Source: an uncultured Acidimicrobiia bacterium (GTDB lineage: Bacteria > Acidobacteriota > Terriglobia > Versatilivoradales > Versatilivoraceae). Taken from it: DNA of 64,000 bases. A model generated the notes under the pieces. The model was given only the letters and a program-made list of their open reading frames with translations, was not told the origin of the DNA and made no database searches. Shown one piece after another: positions 10,321-20,459 of this stretch (positions are counted from its first letter, which is position 1; each line of letters starts with the position of its first letter). The stretch lies in the NCBI GenBank assembly GCA_963786955.1, contig CAWBAT010000004.1, positions 840,678-904,677 on the forward strand, written 5' to 3'. A program made the translations under genes and the position numbers.

Positions 10321-11305
10321 CTAACAAGGATCCGTGTGGTTTTCCAACCCATACTTTTTCAATTTGTCGCGGAGGGTGGAGAGGCTGAGGCCGAGAACTT
10401 TGGCGGCCTGGCTGCGGTTACCGCCCGTTTCCTGGAGGGCCTGCTTCAGCAAGTTGACTTCGAGGCAGGTGATGACGTCATTGAATTGAAGCGATTCTTC
10501 CATGAAACATTTCGTGCAAGCCTTGACCAGAAGCTCGACAGGATGGCCGTCGTGAAGCTCGGGAGGGAGATCCTGCAGGTTAATCTCGCTGAGTCGCAAA
10601 CAGTGCCAGCCGTTGCATAATGTTTCTGAGTTCGCGGACATTCCCCGGCCAATCATAATGGGCCAATGCCTCTTGGGCCTCCGGCGACACAGAGAGGGCT
10701 TTGCCAGGCGCGAACCGTTTCAAAAAATGTTGTAACAATAAGGGGAGGTCTTCGCGCCGCTCACGCAACGGAGGAATTTGAACCGGGAAAACATTGATCC
10801 GGTAATAGAGATCCGCCCGAAAGGAACCGTGCTCCACCATTTCTTTCAAGCTTACTTTGGAGGCTGCAATCAAACGAACATCAATCGGGATGGTCGCAGA
10901 TCCTCCAACCCGAAGGACTTCCTGCGATTCCAAAACGCGGAGCAATTTGGATTGCGTGGGCATAGGAACATCGTCGATGTCGTCAAGGAACAGGCTTCCC
11001 GTATGGGCAAGCTCAAACAACCCCTTCTTTTCGCTCACGGCACTGGTGAAGGATCCTCTTTCGTGACCGAAGAGCTCACTTTCGAGCAGATCATGAGGCA
11101 TCGCCGAAAGGGCAATTTTGACAAATGGGCGATCACTCCTCGGGCTTGCCCTGTGGATGTAATCGGCAAAGAGCTCTTTTCCGACGCCTGTTTCGCCTAT
11201 CAACAATATCGTGCTGTCGGATGCGGCAATGGCTTCGACGCGGGATAAGATCAAACGCATCTTCTCGCTTTGGGTGACGATGGCAAGAGATGGAAGGGGC
11301 TTCAT
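10321..11305 (-). CDS. Sigma54-dependent transcriptional activator (AAA+ plus Fis HTH, no N-terminal sensor); frameshift near 10590
   Basis: GETGVGKE, ESELFGHERGSFTSA, LFLDDID, FRADLYYRI, WPGNVRELRN; C-terminal GGNRSQAAKVLGLSLSTLRDKL in the second frame. Confidence 0.9.
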
Positions 11306-11490
11306 GACCGGACCTTCTTTAGGGAACCTTAGGCACCCAAGATCCATAGGAGACGATGTCTCACACTACATGACTGGCAGGAGGAAGTCAATCGATCGAC
11401 TAAGCAAGCGGAAGGGAAACAAAGGACCTCGTGATTGCCGTAGGCCGGGTCCGTCGGCCCCGCGGAATGGTATCTCAACTGCTTCCCGAA

Positions 11491-12090
11491 TTACACAACA
11501 GGTCTCTCTTCACCCTCACTTCGAACCATGGCTTCCAAAACCATCCTCGGACAGATGGCTCCGTGGATGTAATCCACCAAGCTCGTCGCGACGGCACGGA
11601 TGCGCTTCTCCACAGAACTGTCCAGGCACCGCCCTTCTTTGTCGAAAAGTTGCTGTACATTGGCGACGGACACAAGGCTCGGAAGGACGATGGCACCGAC
11701 ATGGGAACACACGCTGCGGAGGTGTTCCAAAGATTTGATGGCTCCAATCTGTCCGGCTGCCACACCAAGCAAGGAAATAGGCTTGCCTGCCAGCACACTC
11801 GGGAAACCCAAGTTTTCAATCGCCAGCTTGATCACGCTGCTGAAGCTTCCGTGATACTCGGGAGTGGCCAGGACAACCCCTGTAGCGCCCTTGACGGACT
11901 CCCGGAAACGCTCGCTGGAATTATCCCGCGACGGGGTGCCGGGAAAAGGAAGGTCGTACTCTGCGAGATCGATGGCCTCCACATCCACATCTTTCTGCTT
12001 CGCGAACTCACTCAACACTACCGCCAGCGCCATGGAAGTGTAATTCTTCGGCCTCACGCTCCCGCAAATCGTCACAATTTTAATTGGCAT
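11491..12090 (-). CDS. NADPH-dependent FMN reductase family protein
   Basis: ICGSVRPKNYT and ATPEYHGSFSSVIK flavodoxin-like motifs. Confidence 0.9.
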   Translation of the reverse strand: MPIKIVTICGSVRPKNYTSMALAVVLSEFAKQKDVDVEAIDLAEYDLPFPGTPSRDNSSERFRESVKGATGVVLATPEYHGSFSSVIKLAIENLGFPSVLAGKPISLLGVAAGQIGAIKSLEHLRSVCSHVGAIVLPSLVSVANVQQLFDKEGRCLDSSVEKRIRAVATSLVDYIHGAICPRMVLEAMVRSEGEERPVV

Positions 12091-12218
12091 AACCCTTCCT
12101 TTCACTCTCGGAGAAATGGCGTGTTTCTGCGTGCGTTCAAATCCGTCACACCTCCATCATGCTCGCATAGAACAGTCACTGTCAAAGGAGTTTCCTCGCT
12201 CAGCAGTTTCCCCTGGTT

Positions 12219-12602
12219 TCATCTCATACCGATCAGCCAGTTCGTGATGAACGCCGAAAGTGGCAGATAGATAGTCTCTGAAATGATGCCTGCCATGGCC
12301 TCTTTCCAAGAGTAGCCGGGGCCAATCGCATTCCCAAACTCTCCAACGACGAACATGACCCACCAGGCAAAGGCATAGAGGAGCCAGTGGCTGCTAAATG
12401 AATTCCGGGCAACATAGAAAATAAGCACAAAGGCAAACGCCGTCCCTGTTTTGGAGACAAATATACTCAAGAGAAATCGAGCAGGGGAGACATTTGAGGG
12501 CGGCTTCAGGTCAGTAAGAACCGTGAACAGACTGTATACCAGAAAAGGGACGATATAGATGATGGCTAATACAGTGAGCATACTCAGGATAATACGTAGC
12601 AT
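12219..12602 (-). CDS. Hypothetical 4-TM membrane protein
   Basis: Four hydrophobic segments; ATG at 12602 with an upstream AAGG. Confidence 0.7.
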   Translation of the reverse strand: MLRIILSMLTVLAIIYIVPFLVYSLFTVLTDLKPPSNVSPARFLLSIFVSKTGTAFAFVLIFYVARNSFSSHWLLYAFAWWVMFVVGEFGNAIGPGYSWKEAMAGIISETIYLPLSAFITNWLIGMR

Positions 12603-12702
12603 GGGCACCTTACTTTCTGAGAGCCAAACGCGGAACGATCCTCTTTTCAAAACTCCACCCGAAGGATCTCCATGCAAACAGCAGAGAAGACCTTCGAACA
12701 GG

Positions 12703-13908
12703 TTATTTCTCTGATGACCGCATCGGGAGCAAGCGAGCAACAACCCGGAATCCGAGGTAGGGGGTGCTGACTTCCGGCGGGAAAGTTTCACGGTAAGGAA
12801 TGTAGAGGACAGCGGTGCTCGCGGTGTACCAAGATCCTCCTCGGACCACTCGAGTCCCGGTTAGGTCGGAACGATTCCGGTCATCATCGGCATAAGGATG
12901 CTCTCGGTTATAAGGACGATTGAGGGTACTGGTCCATTCGGAAACATTTCCAGTCATGTGGTACAGTCCATAGCGGTTGGGAACAAATTTTTCCCGAGAG
13001 AGTTGGGATCCGATCACAGTGACTTCTGCTGTCGGATTTTTCTTCCAGTTATATTGGCTCACTTCCTGGTCGCTGACACTGGCACCTAAGGCATAATCAA
13101 AATTGTCCGGGCCCCTGGCTGCCTTCTCCCACTCGGCCTCACTCGGAAGTGAAAATATCCAGATTCCTTTTCCGTACTTCTTGCTCAGCCAGCGGCAATA
13201 CGAATCCGTCTCAAACCAATTGACGAGTACGACGGGTTGGTCAGCCTGACCAAATCGAGCGTAATCTCCATCCATGGGCTTTAGAAGCGCCGTCGCCCGA
13301 CAGCCATTACCGGCTTTCCAATGCCTGCCTTCTTCTGTCCAGTTCTGGTCATTGCGATATCCGTCAGGATCATCTAGATACGCTTTGAATTCCGAATTGG
13401 ATACTTCAAACAGAGACACATAGAATCCGGGCAACCAGACAAAGTGCGGCTCACGCGGATTCAGCCGGTCTCCAAACAAGACGTGCCCTGGCGGAATAAA
13501 GGCAAAGTCGGAGGCCGCAGCGGATGGTCTTGGTGGCTGTTCGAGCGGCAAGGAACGAATGGTGAGCGTAAAAAGTCCATCCTGATCAGGTCCACTCCGA
13601 TACCCGGCGATCGGTACAGGATAAAGAGCTGTCCCGTTTGGAAATTGTGCCTTAAGAAAATAATTTCCTTGCCGCAGCCAGGCACTTTCTCCATCGAAGC
13701 CGCTAACCGGTTTGGCTCCTTCCAGGTTTTTTCCCGCTTGTAATAACTCGACAGGAGCGTGAGCGAGATTGGAAACGATCAGCTTCGTCTCATTCTTTTG
13801 AAAATGCAATTGCTCTTCACGCTCACTGGCAACATAGCGCCATGCAAAATATCCACTGGCACCGAGCACAACAACGACCGGAAAAACGATAATCCAAAGT
13901 TTCTTCAT
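12703..13908 (-). CDS. Membrane-anchored FGE/sulfatase-modifying-factor domain protein (SUMF1/NirV-like)
   Basis: N-terminal TM; FEVSN, PVVLVNW, LPSEAEWEKAARG, PNRYGLYHMTGNVSEW, RVVRGGSW, GFRVV. Confidence 0.88.
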   Translation of the reverse strand: MKKLWIIVFPVVVVLGASGYFAWRYVASEREEQLHFQKNETKLIVSNLAHAPVELLQAGKNLEGAKPVSGFDGESAWLRQGNYFLKAQFPNGTALYPVPIAGYRSGPDQDGLFTLTIRSLPLEQPPRPSAAASDFAFIPPGHVLFGDRLNPREPHFVWLPGFYVSLFEVSNSEFKAYLDDPDGYRNDQNWTEEGRHWKAGNGCRATALLKPMDGDYARFGQADQPVVLVNWFETDSYCRWLSKKYGKGIWIFSLPSEAEWEKAARGPDNFDYALGASVSDQEVSQYNWKKNPTAEVTVIGSQLSREKFVPNRYGLYHMTGNVSEWTSTLNRPYNREHPYADDDRNRSDLTGTRVVRGGSWYTASTAVLYIPYRETFPPEVSTPYLGFRVVARLLPMRSSEK

Positions 13909-13919
13909 TTTTCTAATAA

Positions 13920-13964
13920 GTAGGGGCGAAGCATCCGTCAGCTTGATGGATGCTTCGCCCCGAC
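13920..13964. repeat. GTAG-type REP hairpin (may also act as a terminator after nosY)
   Basis: GTAGGGGCGAAGCATCC...GGATGCTTCGCCCCGAC; same family as 30879-30948. Confidence 0.75.
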
Positions 13965-13993
13965 AAAGTCACATGATTGATAATCGCCAATCG

Positions 13994-14826
13994 TTAGATG
14001 TCCTGCTCATTCATCGATCGGCTCGAAAGGTAGATCGGGAATATAACCCAGCACACAAGCCCGAGGACCAAGGCCAATAGGCTCGCCGTGTCTCCGCCCA
14101 GGAATTTTACTAGCGCCTGCGCCGGCTGGGCCAAAAATCGGCTTGCCATTGAGCACAATGAGACTGGCCACCCTCACCATATCTACCGGATTTCCCGCCA
14201 GCGAAAAAAAGATAAAGCGGTTGGCTATTCTTTCCTGAAGCAAAAACGTACCGCCAATGACCAGCAAGTCGTAGAAAAGCACAAAAAAGAACCAGAGAAA
14301 GAGCGTGATTCCAAACGCCTTTGCTTTCCTCTGGCTCCAGGCAGCCACCAAGGCTGACAAAGCCAGGAAAATCAATCCGAGGAGCATCGAAAGAAATTAC
14401 GAGCAGGGGGTAACGCAGCACTCCTTCGGGTCCAGCCTTGACAGCGATGATCAGGCCACCGAGCCCAAAACCAATCAGGGTGGAGGTCAATAACGATGCA
14501 AAAAGTCCCGCCAGCTTCCCGATGAGAATTTCCATTCGAGTGACCGGCTGGGCATACAATAAATCACCGGAGTTTTTTTCACTCGTGAAGCTCATGGTTC
14601 CCATCACAAGAGCGACCAAAGGAACGATGTAGAGAACAAGATTCAATAAGCTGGCAGATGTCCTGAGAAAACCCTGGAACCCAACTGTACCGGCCGTGAC
14701 GAGACCAAAATAAGCAATCGCCACAACTAGCACCGCAAATGCCAAGGCAAAGATCAGTGTCCAACGATTGCGAATGTTTATCTTCAATTCAAGTCGTGCG
14801 ATGTTGAAGATCGCATTAAAATCCAT
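13994..14826 (-). CDS. nosY: NosY ABC transporter permease (frameshifted)
   Basis: IARLELKINIRNRW, LLYAQPVTRMEILIGK and NPVDMVR across frames; ends ...QDI-TAA at 13994; nos context. Confidence 0.85.
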
Positions 14827-14840
14827 TCAGAACTCCACTT

Positions 14841-14916
14841 TAAGGTCTAAGGTCAAAGGTCCAAGGTCCAAAGTAAAAGTTGAATGTCCAAGGTCCAAAG
14901 TCTAAGGTCCAAAGAC
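14841..14916. repeat. Heptamer tandem repeat (consensus CAAGGTC, about 11 degenerate units)
   Basis: TAAGGTC TAAGGTC AAAGGTC CAAGGTC CAAAGTA ... CAAGGTC CAAAGTC TAAGGTC CAAAGAC fills the nosL-nosY spacer and overlaps the nosL stop. Confidence 0.85.
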
Positions 14917-15348
14917 TTCGGCAAACGTCATGACTGTTCCTTGAGTATCATGAGCCAGTTGTTCTGCTCGTGTTCTCTCCCGGAGTGCTACAATCCCGCC
15001 GCTCATAGGCGTTTTAAATTGACTGGACCGTACAAAACTGGCCAGCTGCGCGGGTAACCAGCGCTTTGTCTCATAATCAACCGCAAAATAATACTGTGGA
15101 ACATTTTGGCCAAGTTTCTTGGTGTGGAGGAATTCCTTCATGCACCCCAAATCGTCAAATTTGTACGCCTCGCCTTCTTTATCGATGAACTCGGCGGCAT
15201 AACGTTTTTCAGAGATCGCCATTTTGCAGTAACTGCACATATCAGAAGCTTCAATTTCAACGGGATCAACCGCCTTCTGAAAGCAGGCTGCTAGGAATAT
15301 TGCAATGACCGGAGCTATCCAGAGCGCAACCACCTTTTGCGGATTCAC
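14902..15348 (-). CDS. nosL: Copper chaperone lipoprotein NosL
   Basis: Lipobox LAAC; CSYCKMAI, FDDLGCM and TPMSGG motifs. Confidence 0.92.
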   Translation of the reverse strand: MNPQKVVALWIAPVIAIFLAACFQKAVDPVEIEASDMCSYCKMAISEKRYAAEFIDKEGEAYKFDDLGCMKEFLHTKKLGQNVPQYYFAVDYETKRWLPAQLASFVRSSQFKTPMSGGIVALRERTRAEQLAHDTQGTVMTFAEVFGP

Positions 15349-15350
15349 AT

Positions 15351-16262
15351 TCAGACCTTTTTCCGGACATAACTAAGATAGATATCTTCCAATGACAACT
15401 CTTCAGTCATAAATCGGGCCACTTGTGCTCCGGCAAATTCCATGGCCTTTAAAATGCCGAATCGGATTCCCGGGTCGGAAGTGATCAAGAGCGAATCTCC
15501 ATCCCAGTTGGAGGTTTCTGCCCCTGCTTGCCGGGCCGTCTCGGCCCAGCGAGGATCCGGATTGCTCAGAACAACTCTCATCTTGCAGGTGTGCATCAGG
15601 TCTTCTCGCAATCCCGAGATGGTTTCCAGTGCAATCAGTTTTCCCCCAATCAGAATGGCGACACGATCGGCAAGCTGCTCCACGTCGGCAAGGACATGCG
15701 ACGAAAACAAGATGGTTTTCCCCTCTCGCTTGAGATTGCCAAGAAATTCTCTGAATTGAATGGCTCCTTCTGGATCGAGGTTGACGGTGGGCTCGTCTAG
15801 AATGAGGACCGGCGTATCGGGAAGGCAGGCCACAGCCAGGCCTAATCGTTGGATCATTCCTCCCGAAAACTCACTGACCAATCGGTCGCTGAACCCATTG
15901 AAATGGAAGCGTGGGCTCGCGACCAGTTGGTCGATTCGGGAGGGATTCACTTTTCTCAGCCGGCCATAGAACTGTAAGATTTCCCGTGCCGTCAGATTCT
16001 CATCAAAACTAACCCTTTGCGGTAAATAGCTAAGCCACCTGCGAGATTCCCGCGGCTGCCGAACCACATCAAAACCTTTGATCGTCATTTCCCCACCGGC
16101 GGGACGCGCTAACCCGGCCAAGCATTTGAGAGTGGTGCTTTTCCCGCTCCCGTTAGGACCGAGCAGAGCAAAGGTCTCCCCTGCTGCGACTTCAAAGGAA
16201 ACGGCATCGACCGCCGTGAATTCTCCGTAGGATTTGGTCAGCCTGTCTACTCGAATCATCAT
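15351..16262 (-). CDS. nosF: NosF ABC transporter ATPase
   Basis: GPNGSGKST, FSGGMIQR, ILDEPT, SSH; overlaps the nosD stop. Confidence 0.9.
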   Translation of the reverse strand: MMIRVDRLTKSYGEFTAVDAVSFEVAAGETFALLGPNGSGKSTTLKCLAGLARPAGGEMTIKGFDVVRQPRESRRWLSYLPQRVSFDENLTAREILQFYGRLRKVNPSRIDQLVASPRFHFNGFSDRLVSEFSGGMIQRLGLAVACLPDTPVLILDEPTVNLDPEGAIQFREFLGNLKREGKTILFSSHVLADVEQLADRVAILIGGKLIALETISGLREDLMHTCKMRVVLSNPDPRWAETARQAGAETSNWDGDSLLITSDPGIRFGILKAMEFAGAQVARFMTEELSLEDIYLSYVRKKV

Positions 16263-17662
16263 CGTCGGAGCCCCTTTCCAACGGCAACGACCCCGGTAAG
16301 CAGCATCGTCACGGACAGCACTGCCAATGGCAAATGGGCGGAACTCGAGGCTTGTTTCGTCTGTAAAGGGAGAGGGTATTCCATTGCCCGCATCAGGGGA
16401 GCTGAATCAATTTCCGCGGAACCCGTGATCACTGGAAAAGTCTTTTCAGCCATCGCCAGTGCTTGCGCGACGGGGCTATTTAAGTACAGTCGTAAACGAG
16501 GATAGTTCCCTTCCAAATATTCAAATATATTTTGAATCTTGTGGGGAACATCCCCCACCCCGTCACCATCCAAGTCATACCCGTCGTAATCACTCCAGAA
16601 ATTTCCTTTGCCACCCTCCTGCCAGAAAGAAGCGGTCTTCTTTCCGACGAGCCGGAGCGGACTGAGGTTTTCTACAAATTGATTTTCCGAGAAGAGATTC
16701 TCCTCAGAACTGCTGAAAATCTGCATGGCGACGTCATTCTCTGCGATGATATTCTTTCGAAAAGTTGTGTGGCGGACTGCCTCCAAGAAAAGGCCAGTTG
16801 CGTTATCAATAATAAAATTGCCTTCGGCCAGGTTATCTTCGCAACCTTGGAAAAGAATCCCGAAAGAACTGAATCCCCGATTATGCATGAAGGCATTTCT
16901 CCGGAATTGAATGCCTCGCGAGTACATAATGGCAGCGCCCGCTACATTGTGGGAAAAAACGTTTTCCTCAAATTGGTTATCGTCGGAATTCATGTAATGC
17001 AGGCCGTAACGTAATTGTGAAACATGGTTCTGGCGCATCACATTATGGGAACTGTTCTGGATATACATCCCGTCCCGTGTTTCCGTGATGGAGTTCCCTT
17101 CAATGAAATTGTTGGCTGAATTCCACAGATGAATACCGGCGCCGCGTTCTCCCATCTCCAGCTCAGACCTCCCCTGGATTCGGTTATGCCGGATGCGGTT
17201 TCCCGAAGAGTGGTAGAGGTAAATGCCAAAGAGAATGTCTCGCAGTTCGTTGTTCTCAACTTGATTTCCGTTGCTCTTGAGCAGAATCCCGGAATCCTCG
17301 TTCCGCAGGTCATCGCCGCTATGTTCAACAATGACTCCGCGGATGATACACTTGGGAGCTAGCACCTCGAGCACGCTGCCTTTCCCGGAACCGCGCAAGA
17401 TGGGCTTTTCGAATCCCTCTAACGTCACTGTTTTGTCCAGCTTGATTTTCCCCGTATAGACCCCTGGAAAGATCTGGATCGTATCCCCAGGGCTTGCTGC
17501 GTCCAATGCGGCCACAACAGATTGGAAAGGGAGACTCATGCCGACCTTCAGAATTTCGGCCTGCACAGCCGGAGCGCAACTAAGCACCAGCAGACTCCAC
17601 AAGAGGACTCTCTGTTGAGTGACCCGAAACCACGCTAGGGTGATCCATGGAAAGAGTCGCAT
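16259..17662 (-). CDS. nosD: NosD periplasmic maturation protein
   Basis: Signal peptide, beta-helix repeats, RDGMY, LRYGLHYMNS, GNFWSDYDGYDLDGDGVGDVP. The start could instead be the TTG at 17677. Confidence 0.95.
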   Translation of the reverse strand: MRLFPWITLAWFRVTQQRVLLWSLLVLSCAPAVQAEILKVGMSLPFQSVVAALDAASPGDTIQIFPGVYTGKIKLDKTVTLEGFEKPILRGSGKGSVLEVLAPKCIIRGVIVEHSGDDLRNEDSGILLKSNGNQVENNELRDILFGIYLYHSSGNRIRHNRIQGRSELEMGERGAGIHLWNSANNFIEGNSITETRDGMYIQNSSHNVMRQNHVSQLRYGLHYMNSDDNQFEENVFSHNVAGAAIMYSRGIQFRRNAFMHNRGFSSFGILFQGCEDNLAEGNFIIDNATGLFLEAVRHTTFRKNIIAENDVAMQIFSSSEENLFSENQFVENLSPLRLVGKKTASFWQEGGKGNFWSDYDGYDLDGDGVGDVPHKIQNIFEYLEGNYPRLRLYLNSPVAQALAMAEKTFPVITGSAEIDSAPLMRAMEYPLPLQTKQASSSAHLPLAVLSVTMLLTGVVAVGKGLRR

Positions 17663-17726
17663 TCTTTCGACCTTCAATTAGGGTGGATGCAAGCGGGACA
17701 GCGCTAAAAAGATCCAGCCACTCCTG

Positions 17727-18419
17727 TTAGTGTGGTTCCGGTTTTCTGGAGAGGAAAATAGCCAGCAGCAAGAGCAATGAAAAGCCAACCAGTAAAAAAG
17801 AACCTGGGGCCGGGAGGCTATAGATTGTGAAATTGGCAATCTGCTTCATGCCGAATAGTGGGGGCGTAAACGGCGGAACTTTAATGGCTGCCGCAGGATC
17901 GAGATTGTGCCCGTAAGAGTATAGCCGGTGATAGAAGCTCCAAAAAGAGAATAAGCCAAAGTAGGAAAAAAGAACAAAAACGTCAACGAGACTTGCCATC
18001 TTACCAATCACCATCGCTCTTAATGACAGGATGGCGAGGATGCCGAGCACGAAGGGAAGCCAGGTAAATTCACTAAAATCACTCTCCAGCAAAGGTCTCA
18101 TCCCAATATAGTGGTTGAGCGAATTAATTTCCCGCAAATCATCGCGATTGGGAGTTTTTCCCCCTTCCAACTGATATGGGTAGATTTGTAATGCCAATCC
18201 ATCCAGATACTGATTGGAGGTAAAAGTCATCGTCCAGAGCGGAAATAGAAAATTGCCAACCAACAGGAATACCGCGATTAAGATCACGAAGCGGCTTTTG
18301 AGATTGAGCGGCAGATCAAAGAATGCCATGGCCTGATCCAATGCGCTTTTTTTTTCAGGATTTGTTCCCTGTGAGGACGCTCTCTCTAGGGGGTCCAACG
18401 GTACCCTTTTGCCTTCCAT
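17727..18419 (-). CDS. nosB: NosB membrane protein of clade II nos clusters
   Basis: Four TMs; PLWTM..NQY, EINSLNHYIGM, YGHNLDPAAAIKVPPFTPP; lies directly after nosZ. Confidence 0.85.
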   Translation of the reverse strand: MEGKRVPLDPLERASSQGTNPEKKSALDQAMAFFDLPLNLKSRFVILIAVFLLVGNFLFPLWTMTFTSNQYLDGLALQIYPYQLEGGKTPNRDDLREINSLNHYIGMRPLLESDFSEFTWLPFVLGILAILSLRAMVIGKMASLVDVFVLFSYFGLFSFWSFYHRLYSYGHNLDPAAAIKVPPFTPPLFGMKQIANFTIYSLPAPGSFLLVGFSLLLLLAIFLSRKPEPH

Positions 18420-18431
18420 AGGTTTCTCCTG

Positions 18432-18481
18432 AAGAAAGCTGAACGTCAGAGGCCGGCCAAAGCCTACCCCTGGCGTTCAGC
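18432..18481 (-). terminator. Stem-loop terminator/attenuator after nosZ
   Basis: Minus strand reads GCTGAACGCCAGGGG...CCTCTGACGTTCAGC followed by TTTCTT. Confidence 0.6.
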
Positions 18482-18500
18482 ACATATCGCGCGAATTTTC

Positions 18501-20358
18501 TTATTTCGGCTTAACTAACATATATCCTTGCATTTCCTGGTGTAAGGCTGAGCAGAAGTTTGTGCAATAGTATGGGAAGACTCCCGGTTTATTGGCCACG
18601 AACTCAATCGTCTTCGTTTCTCCAGGGTCGACCACTACATTGATATTGTAATCGTTTAAGCCAAACCCATGGAGTTCGTCCGTGGTCTGCTCGATGTTAG
18701 TGAGGTAAATGGTCACCTTGTCGCCCTGGTTCACTTCAAGCTTGTTGGGCTCAAAGCTGCTGCGCACCGCAACCATCTTCACTTTCACATCCGAACCGTT
18801 TCGTGCGACGTGAGGCATCTTTCACATCCCAAATGGCGTTGGCGTTCTTGTTCTCATCTTTCGGGTAAACCTCAATAGGCTTCAGCTTGTCCGTCTTGAT
18901 AATCTGGGCATAGTGTGGTTCCGGTTCGGTAAAGGCATCGTAAAGCAGTTTCATCTTCTCCCCGTTGATATCGATCAATTGAGACGACTCCGGCTGGGAA
19001 GGTCCAACATTCAAATGCCGGCCATGGGAAAGTTTGTTGAGAGCCACAAGGTATTTCCCGGCGGGGTGAGCCGTATCCCCTTCGGCCGCGGCTAAGTGAC
19101 CGATGTTATAAGTAACGGGAATTTTGTCGAGGACTTCCCAAGTTCCCAATTTCCATTTAGCAATGGCGCTTTCCACAAACAGACTCGTATAAGCATTGCC
19201 CTGGTCATCAAACTGGGTATGCAATGGGCCCAGTCCGACGTTGACCTCGGCATCCTTGATTTTGTCGTAGTTGAGCACCGGGATGCCATCCTCATCACCC
19301 GTGAAATCTTTGTTTTGGATCGCCGTTTGAACCTTCTCGATATTAAATACCGTGGTGATGGACTGGAGTTTTCCACTAGCGATAATGTACTTTCCGTCCG
19401 GGCTGACATCCACGCCATGCGGGCTCTTAGCGCAGGGGAAAAGATACACCACTCCCGGCGCATCTTTCGGGTCAATGACCTTCACTCCGCCGATCATCTT
19501 GAACTTATTCTCTTTGATGGCCTTCTCGGCTTCATGCCAGTTCACTGCCACAACATAGTCGCGATCCTTCTGGGTCGAGGTGACTTCCAATTTTCCCGTC
19601 GCCCGCTCAGAGTTATAACAGGTCCAAAACCCCCAACCATTACTGGCCCCTTTTCCAGCATCGCCCAGGTCATAGTTGAATGGCGGCATCAGGACTTCCC
19701 ATCCCAGGCTCATCTGTCCGGTCTTCGGATCGATGGCGATTCCAGCCACTACCCCTTTGTAAGTAGTGGCATATTGCTCGATGGGTGCATAGGTACCCCG
19801 AGGAAGCGGAATCGAAAAACGCGAACCCGCCAAAACGTACTCGGTATTCGGGGTTACAAACGAAGAGCAGTGATTTCCGGAAACATTCGGGATAGGTCCA
19901 AAAATCTGCTTCGTTTTAAAATCTCGCAGATCAATGCGCGCCATGCGGTTATTCGCATTATCACTGATGAACAACCAGCGGCCGTCATAATCTCCATTGG
20001 TTTCACTGATTGAAGGATGGTGTGCATCCCCCCAAGTGTATCCTCCCAACATCTCTTTCGAATCTTTATCAAACCCATAACCTGTAGCCGGATAGGGAGT
20101 GAATACCGGAATCGTGCTAATGTGCCGCATCGAAGGGATGCCCGCCACATAGACGTTTCCAGAATGTCCTCCGGAATAAAACAAATAATACTCATCCAAA
20201 TCACCCGGCGCGACATAAGTTGCAATGGCCGCCTCTGCTGTCCCCCCCCGCTGAACTTGTGTCACTTTCTTACCGCAGTTCATGAGAGTAAACGCTAAAA
20301 ACAGGAGGGCCCCGCCCCCCACCCACAGCCAGTTCCATTGAATTCTTTTTTGTCTCAT
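18501..20358 (-). CDS. nosZ: Sec-dependent (clade II) nitrous oxide reductase; frameshift near 18815
   Basis: Sec/lipoprotein signal (LMNC) with no Tat motif; SGGHSG; CuZ His motifs DAHH, GNH, PHG, GPLHT, GH, EPH; CuA motifs HGF and YYCTNFCSALHQEM in the downstream frame. Confidence 0.97.
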
Positions 20359-20459
20359 ACCTTCTCCTTTCTCCTCAAATAATGGCCATATGAGCGCGGA
20401 AACACGGTTTCAATGAAGATGTCGCTTAGGATTACAAAGATGGGTATGTCTTCCGTATC

